DNA of 32,000 bases from Wolbachia endosymbiont of Dirofilaria (Dirofilaria) immitis (lineage in GTDB: Bacteria; Pseudomonadota; Alphaproteobacteria; Rickettsiales; Anaplasmataceae): positions 720,001 through 752,000 of the forward strand of contig NZ_CP046578.1 in NCBI RefSeq assembly GCF_013365455.1. Direction: 5' to 3'. Below, piece by piece: positions 21,994 through 32,000 of the stretch. The notes under the pieces are model-generated. The model searched no databases. It worked only from the letters and a program-made list of their open reading frames with translations, and was not told where the DNA came from. Numbering within the stretch: the first letter of the stretch is position 1; the number at the start of each line of letters is the position of its first letter. A program made the position numbers and the translations under genes.

Positions 21994-22734
21994 AATACTT
22001 AAACCGTATGCCAGTCATTATTCTACCATTGAGAAAAATTCACTGCAACTGTCAAGGCGTTATCTTATATATCACTTACTTACTACTTAAGCAATTGCAT
22101 AATCCACTGCTCCTTTAAACTTACTGATCAGGTTTTTATACCTTTTAGTAAACCAGATTTAAATTCCATATACCCCTATCTTTTCAGATAGTATAATCCT
22201 TTAGTTTATACATATGTAATACTTTTTCTATTAAAGGTACAAACAAAAATTAGAATTCTATCACATTTGTACTCTTGTTATTATTTTCCCATAAATTTTG
22301 ACCACCAAACAATGTAATATCACTACATAACCTGTAAGCCCAAATTTAGTGTTCCACCTGCTCCCAAACATACTTAACTGGTCTACTTATCCTACATAGC
22401 CATCTATATTAAATAATAGGAAATTTCCAGTTTCCCGTTGTTTTTGTTATATATAACATTTCTTTACTACCACGTTTGAAAGTAATATCAGTCTTATAAT
22501 CACTTAGTTAGGGGAATACTCCACAAACTGTCATCGCAGCACCAGCTTACTAGCATTTTATCAAGTCTATAAACAATTTCTAATCTTACACAAGCATAGA
22601 GGATTTTAGTAAGACATATAATAATTGTACTTAAAAGTGTATCCATTACTTGTTCTAGCACCTAAGTAGACAAATCAATTTACTCCATTTATCGAGAATC
22701 ACAATGTTCTCATCTTCGTAGATAATATCAAGCT

Positions 22735-22776
22735 CTATGTCATAATTAGTCTCAGTTGAGACTAATTATGACATAG
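22735..22776. repeat. 42-nt perfect inverted repeat (20-bp arms, 2-nt centre)
   Basis: ctatgtcataattagtctca-gt-tgagactaattatgacatag. Confidence 0.9.
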
Positions 22777-23323
22777 GCAAAACCAAATTTTGCCAACGCA
22801 CTATAACAATTAGAGCACTCAACACATATTGAAATAGAGAAGAGTACTAAATTTATTACTCCCTGCGCTATATACACAAACATGATTATCACAATTGAGA
22901 CCTTTGTTCTAAGTTACTACACTTAGCATAGTTAAAAAATTTAACCCTGCCCATTTTGCTTCATTCATGTTTTAATAGCAAAAAGCTCCTGCTTCTCCCG
23001 TAAAGGATAGTAATTTACTACTGCTCTTTAATAGCAGCATTATCAGTACTGACTAAGATACCAAGAGATATATATAAAACTAGAGAAAATACCAAGCACA
23101 ATAAAAAAAAATTCCAAAGAAACACCAAATTCTTCTCTACAAGCATACTATAATAACCTAAGTGCTATGATAATAATCAATGGTTCAGGGAAATGCGGAT
23201 AAGAACAAAACTAAATGCCGTAAACTAACAACTCAGTTTATTATATAAAAAACCCTATATACTATAGGGATAATTTTATTCTTTTATTTTTTTATTATTA
23301 CAGATATAATAGCTAAATAACGA

Positions 23324-23397
<74 letters not shown>

Positions 23398-23953
23398 CTT
23401 CATGTCTATATTCCAAAAGTTACTTTAATTATTAAATCGATCTCACCCTAATAATAACAGAAAATCAAAATTCCACAGAAAAAATCATTATTACCAGTTA
23501 ATTAGAAAGGTTATATAGAAAAGGACTAAAGAACTTTTATAGTCTATTCTGCTACATTATCAGTAGCATGAGCTTCAAAATAGGAGCACTTGCAGATAAG
23601 ATCAATTTACGTTTCATTATCTTAAGTTGCAGATCAAAAGTTATTGCTACTGTTTCTTCAATATTATTTTACGCATATTATATACAACAGTATAAGAAAA
23701 GAACTATTCTCCACAAAAGATTCTTTCGTATATATTTAATTACACATTGTAGATATTATAATTTGAGTTAGTCTCACCACAATTCACAACCACTACTTTT
23801 CTGATATAATACTTAAATAACACCAGTAGCTTTAAAAACAATTACAGTGTGCTGCAGCGTATAGCTATACAGACGTTAAGTTAATTTTGTCTTACTTCCA
23901 GTGAAGGTAATTACTAAATCAAAGTGTTCATTGTATTACATAGTTTTACATAG

Positions 23954-24547
23954 TTAAGGATACAGCTGTTCTATTTTCCAATTGCTCCTTGCAACAAGAG
24001 TATACCTAAATCTAGTATGCCTCCTATACTCACCTTCTTGCCAAAATTCAATTATTTTTGGAATCACGTAAAATCCTACCCAAAAAACAGGACAGGAAAC
24101 TTGTATATCACTAAATTCCTTCTCTTTAACTTCGATATCTTGCTTGAAGTTTTCCCAATCTTCCAGAATGCTTGATTGCTTTGAGCACCATGCACTAATT
24201 TGACTATTGCGTGCTCGAGAAGAAAAGTATTTGCCAGCTTGCTCGTTATCTAAAAGTTTAACATCTCCTTCAACTCGTACTTGTCTAGAAAATTCTATCC
24301 AGTGAAATACTAATGCAGCTTTAGGATTTTCAGTTAATTCTTTCCCTTTTCTGCTATTCACGTTAGTGAAAAACGCAAAGCCTTTTTCACCATATTCTTT
24401 TAGTAACACTACTCTTGCGGATGGAACGCAGTCTTTACTGCAAGTTGCTAGTGTCATCGCAGTTGGTTCTTTACATGAAGAATTAAGCACTGCTGTATAC
24501 CACATTGAAAACAAACCAAGTGGATCTTTCTCAGGTGAAAACGTCAT
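23954..24547 (-). CDS. pdxH: Pyridoxamine 5'-phosphate oxidase
   Basis: 197 aa with DPLGLFSMWY, AMTLATCSKDCVPSARVVLLKEYGEKGFAFFTNVNSRKGKEL, QVRVEGDV and a C-terminal EFWQEGEYRRHTRFRY...W that corresponds to the usual EFWQG..RLHDR motif. Confidence 0.96.
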   Translation of the reverse strand: MTFSPEKDPLGLFSMWYTAVLNSSCKEPTAMTLATCSKDCVPSARVVLLKEYGEKGFAFFTNVNSRKGKELTENPKAALVFHWIEFSRQVRVEGDVKLLDNEQAGKYFSSRARNSQISAWCSKQSSILEDWENFKQDIEVKEKEFSDIQVSCPVFWVGFYVIPKIIEFWQEGEYRRHTRFRYTLVARSNWKIEQLYP

Positions 24548-24562
24548 ATTTAAAAATATGAA

Positions 24563-25378
24563 TCAATTTTGGCATGCATTACAAAAATAAGTGCTACGAC
24601 CATTCTGTCGTATAAGTGTTATGATATTACCACAAACTTTGCAAGGATTTTGAACTCTACCATATACATAGAAACTATTTTGAAAGTATCCAACAGACCC
24701 AGATGGCTGTGTATAATTCCTCACCGTTGAACCTCCTGCAGCAATTGCATCATTCAAAGTATTTTTTATCTCGGTGGCAAGTTTCTCGCACTCTTTATAT
24801 TTCAAATCCTGCGCCGGCCTGAGCGGTGATATGCGAGCTCTAAATAAGCTCTCAGAAGCATATATGTTACCCACACCAACTATTAGCTTATTATTCATTA
24901 ATGTCGATTTAATATTTGCTTTTCTATTTTTCAGTAACTTCTGCAAATAACTTCCACTGAATTCACTTGTGAGAGGTTCTATTCCAAAATTATTAAAAAA
25001 ATTACTTTTTTGCTCTTTACTTAAAATAATAACTGACCCAAACCTCCTTGGATCATAAAAGGTTATTGAAGCATTATCAGAAAATAAAAATATCACATGA
25101 TCATGTTTACCCTGTGCTCGATTACCTTCAGCATATATAAGCTTTCCACTCATGCCAAGATGCATAATCACAGCTGCATCATTGTCTACACACCAGATTA
25201 TATACTTACCTCTACGCTCGATATCACTTACACATCTATTTTTTAGTATATCATTAATATTCTTTGTTACTGACACACGCATACTCCAATTATTAACTAT
25301 TACACTACTTATCTGCCTATTTTTTATCTCATTAAGTAAAAAATTAGAGATTACTTCTACTTCCGGCAGTTCTGGCAT
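24563..25378 (-). CDS. mutM: Formamidopyrimidine-DNA glycosylase (Fpg/MutM)
   Basis: MPELPEVEVISNFL N-terminus (start ATG at 25376-25378, internal to the longer track ORF), GVGNIYASESLFRARISPLRPA and zinc finger CKVCGNIITLIRQNGRSTYFCNACQ. Confidence 0.97.
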   Translation of the reverse strand: MPELPEVEVISNFLLNEIKNRQISSVIVNNWSMRVSVTKNINDILKNRCVSDIERRGKYIIWCVDNDAAVIMHLGMSGKLIYAEGNRAQGKHDHVIFLFSDNASITFYDPRRFGSVIILSKEQKSNFFNNFGIEPLTSEFSGSYLQKLLKNRKANIKSTLMNNKLIVGVGNIYASESLFRARISPLRPAQDLKYKECEKLATEIKNTLNDAIAAGGSTVRNYTQPSGSVGYFQNSFYVYGRVQNPCKVCGNIITLIRQNGRSTYFCNACQN

Positions 25379-25395
25379 AAGGCCTTCCTTAAAAC

Positions 25396-25623
25396 TTAAG
25401 TTTCTGGTGACAATTTTACTGTTAAAAATTCCAAAAACATGTTCAGGCATTCCATGAATCTCCTTTCCAAAAATTTCTCACCATAAATAAACTTTGAAAG
25501 TGGCCTATTTTGTCTAACCTGTTGCTGTTTTTTTCTTCTTAGGATATTTTGTTTTAAAGCCCTCGCTAATCTTTTTCTTTCTTCTTCTTTCTTCTCATTC
25601 TTTTTTATGTTACTCATATGCAT
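25396..25623 (-). CDS. Small highly basic hypothetical protein
   Basis: 75 aa ORF MHMSNIKKNEKKEEERKRLARALKQNILRRKKQQQVRQ... ending 17 nt upstream of the mutM start codon, same strand. The first half resembles small Lys/Arg-rich ANLxRRK-type proteins known in alphaproteobacteria. Confidence 0.5.
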   Translation of the reverse strand: MHMSNIKKNEKKEEERKRLARALKQNILRRKKQQQVRQNRPLSKFIYGEKFLERRFMECLNMFLEFLTVKLSPET

Positions 25624-25630
25624 GAACCTT

Positions 25631-25703
25631 GCCGTTATAGCTTAGGTGGTAGAGTACGTCATTGGTAATGACGAGGTCCCAAGTTCGAGTCTTGGTAACG
25701 GCA
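25631..25703 (+). tRNA. tRNA-Thr (anticodon GGT)
   Basis: Acceptor GCCGTTA/TAACGGC, anticodon arm CGTCA-TTGGTAA-TGACG, T arm CCAAG-TTCGAGT-CTTGG, A73. Confidence 0.96.
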
Positions 25704-25739
25704 CACTGACTATACTTAAAATAAGAACTCAGAAAAAAG

Positions 25740-27266
<1,527 letters not shown>

Positions 27267-28763
27267 ATCGAAAAAAAGTGATTTTTAGTTAACAAAGTAT
27301 ATACTACTTTTTTAGAAGTGTAAAAAATTCCATTCCTGCATAAATAGCCTTCTAAATGATAAATATAATTTTTAGCTATAGAAAGTCATAAACAACAGGT
27401 AAAAGTTCAGGGCAACATCTTTATATTAGTAATTTTGCTGCCTTTTTGGTTGAGTGTTTATCTAATAGCACTCAAATAAATAACTAGAAAATTTTTTATC
27501 CTAGAGTTAACTACTTTGAAGCATTACTCAATAACATAGCAAGTCTAGAAGATGAAGAAAAGATACAGATACCAATACAAAAGGAGCCTTTGCTCTAATA
27601 GGAAGAAAAAATTGAAGTTGCCTACAGTCTTTCCCAAGTCATTTCAGGATTTCTGCTAGCAGTGCTGAAGAGGACATTTGTCGAACACATGAAATGCTAA
27701 ATCTAAAAACTTATACTTTCAAACTGAATCATGCGATAGAGATTATTAGAACAATAAGTCACTCAAAGCATGTTAAATCTCATTATGATAAAAAGTACCA
27801 TGCTTAAGTAAAATATGATTTACTTTAGAAGAGCATCAAATTTTTAAGAAGTAAAAAAATGATGTTGGAAGAGACACTAAAAAGCATGCTAACGCTAATG
27901 CAGGCATTAAAAGCAGATTTTAGAGTCGCACTCAAAATGAAAAACGAAAGCTTTAATAATCTAGCTAGATGATTAATATATATTACTATTTTAACAGAGA
28001 AAGAATGTAATTACTCTGCACGCTGGTATTGGTGTAGTGTTAATTTAAGGTCAAATCTTCATAAGAGGACAAGATACGCATCTACTTACCAAGCAAAATT
28101 TGGTATTAATTAATCAATTTACACCACAAGTGTAAGTACTTGCCATTCTGTACTATCTTTAGCATTCTTAGCAATAGGTTTGAAGGCACTTTGTACCTAT
28201 AATTAAAATACTAAAAGGTAAAAAATATACTTCCTATTGAAAAATAGCAGTAAAATCAATAAAATTAGGCGTATTAAATACACTACTGTAACTAGTACAA
28301 ACAGGTTTAGCATATATAACTTCTAGGCTCTGGTATTAGCTTATCGTTCTTAGCCTGCTATTTAAAGTAGCAGCGAAGTAGAAAAATAGTTGAACATATT
28401 GTCTATTCAGTGACCTACTTTGGGTAAATTCACTGAAAGCTTATTTACTGAAGTAGTAGTTATATCAAAATGGTACTATTATAACAATTCCGTTGTGAAT
28501 TTTTTTTCATTTTCTTAAAAGGGTACTGGCAATAGATACATCCAAGCACTCTGAATAGCACCATAAAATCACTACAATCAGATACATAAGACCTACAACA
28601 ACCCTAGCTACTTTTAAAGTAAAAACAGACCTTTAGACCAAAAAATATCGCTATTATTAGGATGGTAGAACTATAAAAACACGTCAAGCAATGTAGATAT
28701 TATATTATTTTAAAACACTATACTCTTTTTATAAAACATTTTAAACTTTCTCTCCACCTTTGC

Positions 28764-29390
28764 TCAGTAAGAGCAATCAACCATAAAATTACACATGTCA
28801 ATCGTTATAAAATCATACAATTGTTTCATGGGATTATGTCCCGTGATAACCACTATACCATTTTGTTCAGAACGCGTTAAGATTAAACCCAGTACTAATT
28901 TATACGCCGTACTATCAAGATTACAAAATGGTTCATCTATTAACCAAACATTTGCATTAGAAATCAAAAGGCGAGCAAAAGCAACTCTCTTTTTCCATCC
29001 TGCAGAAAGTGCACCATATCTAACATTAAGTACAGGTCGCAACTGTAAACAACAAATAGCTGCCATGGTTAACTCTCTAGTATCCCGTATTCCTGCCCAG
29101 AATTCTATATTTTGAGCAACAGTTAGGTTATCTTTACAGGCATTCTTATGCCCCACATAGACCATAGAAGATACATAAGGTCGTGGATCATTATATATAT
29201 CTTTTCCACAGTATCTTATGCTTCCCGATACTGGTGGCAAGAGCCTAGACAAGCTTCTAATTAAGCTGGTTTTGCCACTACCATTTGGACCAGTAATTAA
29301 AACTCTCGATTTTGGCTCAGCTTTAAAACTAAGATTTTTAAACAATATTTTGTTATTACGGACACAGGATAAACCTTCACATTCGAGCAT
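28764..29390 (-). CDS. ccmA: Heme exporter ATP-binding protein CcmA
   Basis: 208 aa ABC ATPase: Walker A GPNGSGKT, signature region YGALSAGWKKRVAFARLL (CcmA-type), Walker B VWLIDEPFCNLD. Confidence 0.9.
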   Translation of the reverse strand: MLECEGLSCVRNNKILFKNLSFKAEPKSRVLITGPNGSGKTSLIRSLSRLLPPVSGSIRYCGKDIYNDPRPYVSSMVYVGHKNACKDNLTVAQNIEFWAGIRDTRELTMAAICCLQLRPVLNVRYGALSAGWKKRVAFARLLISNANVWLIDEPFCNLDSTAYKLVLGLILTRSEQNGIVVITGHNPMKQLYDFITIDMCNFMVDCSY

Positions 29391-29393
29391 GAA

Positions 29394-29822
29394 TTACCTA
29401 CCTCTTCCTTTATGCTTCTCACGAGTTGAAGCTTGAGCTCTTATAAATATCTCCCAGAATCCTTTCTGCCTATCTTTTTTATATATCAATTGTGCAAAAC
29501 GCTGCATTAAATTACTGCCAACTATAACCATTTTTGTCCATTTACCTACTGGCTTTGCTATGCCAACTATTTTTGGATCCCCTTTATACTGTATATCCTT
29601 TTGCCTCTCACGTAGCATTTCTAAACGTTTTATTAGCTCTCTTCGCTTATTTTCTTGATATAGCTCATTATATTTCCTGTTTTCTTCACATTCTTCTTTA
29701 AGCCCTTCTTTAGGGAAGATAATTTTCCTAACCCAACCTCTATATATTTTTCTAAAAAAGAAAAATATTGCAGCTATAGCAAGTAAAATTGTGCTACATA
29801 TAATGATTTGCCCAAATGACAT
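29394..29822 (-). CDS. Hypothetical membrane-anchored, charged protein upstream of ccmA
   Basis: Likely start ATG at 29822 (MSFGQIIICSTILLAIAAIFFFFRKIYRGW...); one TM helix then a Lys/Glu-rich domain. 3 nt separate its stop from the ccmA start, suggesting an operon. Confidence 0.75.
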   Translation of the reverse strand: MSFGQIIICSTILLAIAAIFFFFRKIYRGWVRKIIFPKEGLKEECEENRKYNELYQENKRRELIKRLEMLRERQKDIQYKGDPKIVGIAKPVGKWTKMVIVGSNLMQRFAQLIYKKDRQKGFWEIFIRAQASTREKHKGRGR

Positions 29823-29959
29823 TTTTGTACTCAGCTTATTGAAAGAGCCATCTATAATCATAGCCTAACTATAGAAACTTCACAATTTTTTGTAGGAAAA
29901 ATGATACCAGAAAGTAACATTGAACTTCAAAAATAATACAAGTATCCAAGCAAACAAAC

Positions 29960-29988
29960 TTGTATTTGATAAGATTTACTCCTATACT
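29960..29988 (+). promoter_or_regulatory. Candidate sigma-70 promoter for aspS
   Basis: TTGTAT (29960-29965), 17-nt spacer, TATACT (29983-29988); aspS ATG at 30011. Confidence 0.5.
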
Positions 29989-30010
29989 TTAAAATGCCGC
30001 TGCAACAAAT

Positions 30011-31813
30011 ATGAATTGCTATAAAACTCATACGTGCGATGAATTAAGGAAAGGCGATATAGAAAAGGAAGTCACTCTTTCTGGATGGCTGTACCATAAG
30101 CGTGACCATGGTAATCTAATCTTTATTGACTTGAGAGACTTTTATGGAATTACTCAGTTAGTATTTAATAATGACAAAGACTTTTTTGATGAAATTTCAA
30201 ATTTAAAATCAGAGAGTGTAATTACTGTCACAGGAATAGTAAAAGCTAGAACTAAAGATACAGTAAATAGCTCTATCCCTACAGGAGAAATTGAGGTTAT
30301 AGTTATTAATTTGCACATTGAATCGGAAGTCAAATTTCATTGTGATGAAGAAATAGCAAAAGAAGAAAAAAGCATATTAGCAAGTATTTCTGGCAAGCAA
30401 GAATACTCAGAAAATATGAGGTTAAAATATCGGTTTCTTGATTTAAGGCGAGAAAAAGTTCGTAATAATATTATTTTACGCTCACAAATCATTGCAGAAC
30501 TCCGCAGACTCATGATAGAACAAGGTTTTTTAGAAATCCAAACTCCAATACTTACTGCTTCATCTCCTGAAGGAGCACGTGATTATTTAGTACCAAGCAG
30601 ACTAAACCCCGGTAAATTCTATGCATTACCACAAGCTCCACAAATTTTCAAGCAATTACTAATGGTGTCAGGGTTCGATAAATATTTTCAAATTGCACCA
30701 TGTTTCCGTGATGAAGATACAAGGTCAGATCGCTCTCCTGGAGAATTTTACCAGCTAGATCTTGAAATGTCTTTTGTGACTCAGGAAGATATATTTCAGG
30801 TCATTGAAACTACTTTATATAAAGTGTTCACTAAATTCTCTTGCAAGTCAGTTGACAAAAATTTCCCACGCCTCACATATAAAGAGGCAATGCTTAAATA
30901 TGGATCTGATAAGCCAGATCTACGCAATCCATTATCAATTAGTGATGTTACAGAAGTTTTCCGTGATTCAGGGTTCAATATCTTCAAAAGCAATATTCAA
31001 CAAGGCATGGTAGTCAGAGCTATTCCCGCTCCTAAAACAGCAAGAAAGCCACGGAGCTTTTTTGATAAAAAGATAGAGCATGCGCAAAAAGAATTCGGAG
31101 CTAAAGGTCTTGGGTATATAACGTTTGATAAAGATGGTACTATAAAGGGACCAATCGCTAAATTCTTTAATGATAATAAGCTAAATCATATAAGAGAAGT
31201 AACAAATATAAAGCCTGGAGATAGCATATTCTTTGCTTCTGACAAAGAAAATGAAGCAGCAGTAATTGCAGGAAAAGTACGTACCCTTTTAGGATCAGAA
31301 TTAGGCCTAATAGATAAAAATGTTTTCAAATTCTGTTGGGTTATTGATTTTCCATATTTTATGTATGACAATAAAAATAAAAAAATCAACTTCTTTCATA
31401 ATCCATTTTCTATGCCGCATGGTGGCTTGAAAGATCTGGAGGAAAAAAATCCATTATATATTCTTGCTTACCAATATGATCTAGTTTGTAATGGAATAGA
31501 ATTATCAAGCGGAGCGATTCGCAATAATAAGCTAGATGTTATGTATAAAGCTTTTGCTATTTCAGGCTATAGTAAAGAAGAAGTAGATACAAAATTTAGT
31601 GCACTTGTGCGTGCATTTAGATTTGGGGTACCACCTCATGGTGGGATAGCACCAGGAGTTGATAGAATGGTCATGCTGCTTGCTGACGAGCCAAATATTC
31701 GTGAAGTAACCTGTTTCCCTATGAACCAACAAGGCGAAGATGTTTTAATGGGTGCTCCTTCTAAGATAAAAAGTGGACATTTACGTGAATTATTCTTGCA
31801 AGTTATTGATTGA
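30011..31813 (+). CDS. aspS: Aspartate--tRNA ligase (possibly nondiscriminating Asp/Asn type)
   Basis: 600 aa bacterial-type AspRS: [103 protein letters not shown] and [22 protein letters not shown]. Confidence 0.98.
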   Translation: MNCYKTHTCDELRKGDIEKEVTLSGWLYHKRDHGNLIFIDLRDFYGITQLVFNNDKDFFDEISNLKSESVITVTGIVKARTKDTVNSSIPTGEIEVIVINLHIESEVKFHCDEEIAKEEKSILASISGKQEYSENMRLKYRFLDLRREKVRNNIILRSQIIAELRRLMIEQGFLEIQTPILTASSPEGARDYLVPSRLNPGKFYALPQAPQIFKQLLMVSGFDKYFQIAPCFRDEDTRSDRSPGEFYQLDLEMSFVTQEDIFQVIETTLYKVFTKFSCKSVDKNFPRLTYKEAMLKYGSDKPDLRNPLSISDVTEVFRDSGFNIFKSNIQQGMVVRAIPAPKTARKPRSFFDKKIEHAQKEFGAKGLGYITFDKDGTIKGPIAKFFNDNKLNHIREVTNIKPGDSIFFASDKENEAAVIAGKVRTLLGSELGLIDKNVFKFCWVIDFPYFMYDNKNKKINFFHNPFSMPHGGLKDLEEKNPLYILAYQYDLVCNGIELSSGAIRNNKLDVMYKAFAISGYSKEEVDTKFSALVRAFRFGVPPHGGIAPGVDRMVMLLADEPNIREVTCFPMNQQGEDVLMGAPSKIKSGHLRELFLQVID

Positions 31814-31820
31814 CAGCACC

Positions 31821-31887
31821 GCAGATTATATTAAACTGAAAAAGTGTGAATAATATCCAAAAAGCAATAATATCAGGTATAATCTGC
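31821..31887. repeat. 10-bp perfect inverted repeat flanking 47 nt downstream of aspS
   Basis: GCAGATTATA (31821-31830) and TATAATCTGC (31878-31887). Confidence 0.5.
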
Positions 31888-31890
31888 AAT

Positions 31891-32000
31891 ATGATTATAT
31901 GGTATGAATTGACTCTATTTGGAGTTTTGACACACATAATAAGTGATGTTCTCTTTTCATCAGAAAGTAGTGAATACGTAAAAAAAATTAAATTTCTTGG
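31891..32000 (+). CDS. Possible 5' end of a CDS truncated by the window edge
   Basis: Open from ATG 31891: MIIWYELTLFGVLTHIISDVLFSSESSEYVKKIKFL..., no stop before 32000. No family recognised. Confidence 0.35.
   Translation, partial: MIIWYELTLFGVLTHIISDVLFSSESSEYVKKIKFL

Noticed and set aside
23568-23771. 67-aa plus-strand ORF MSFKIGALADKIN...
   Set aside because: Low complexity, no family resemblance and no convincing upstream signals.
24590-25457. Plus-strand ORFs 24366..24590 and 25152..25457
   Set aside because: Antisense to pdxH and mutM, which are strongly supported.
27450-27475. TTGAGTG...CACTCAA hairpin upstream of pccB
   Set aside because: Only a 7-bp stem with 12-nt loop, which is expected by chance.

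Overview
This is an AT-rich 32 kb chromosomal window. Protein content and gene order suggest the alphaproteobacterial family Anaplasmataceae, probably Ehrlichia or a close relative; that placement is inference, as no search was run. Recognisable genes: a MnhC/MrpC-like antiporter subunit, rpoD, an AsmA-like protein and murJ (overlapping minus-strand pair), tRNA-His, rplY-pth, a coiled-coil membrane protein, pheS-glmU, cvpA, smpB-lgt, nuoD, a VirB9 paralog, initiator tRNA-Met, a small basic ORF followed by mutM and pdxH, tRNA-Thr, pccB, a membrane protein with ccmA, and aspS. Only about 60% of the window is confidently coding. Seven gaps of roughly 1.1-2.3 kb hold no convincing genes. The most noticeable non-coding signals are long perfect inverted repeats at 22735-22776 (2 x 20 bp), 8354-8398 (2 x 20 bp) and 18491-18516 (26 bp), plus a bidirectional terminator hairpin at 11522-11566. 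I found no CRISPR array, transposase, prophage, toxin-antitoxin pair, defence cassette or clear new multi-gene system. The supplied ORF track labels 3591..6143 as plus strand, but the translation comes from the minus strand.
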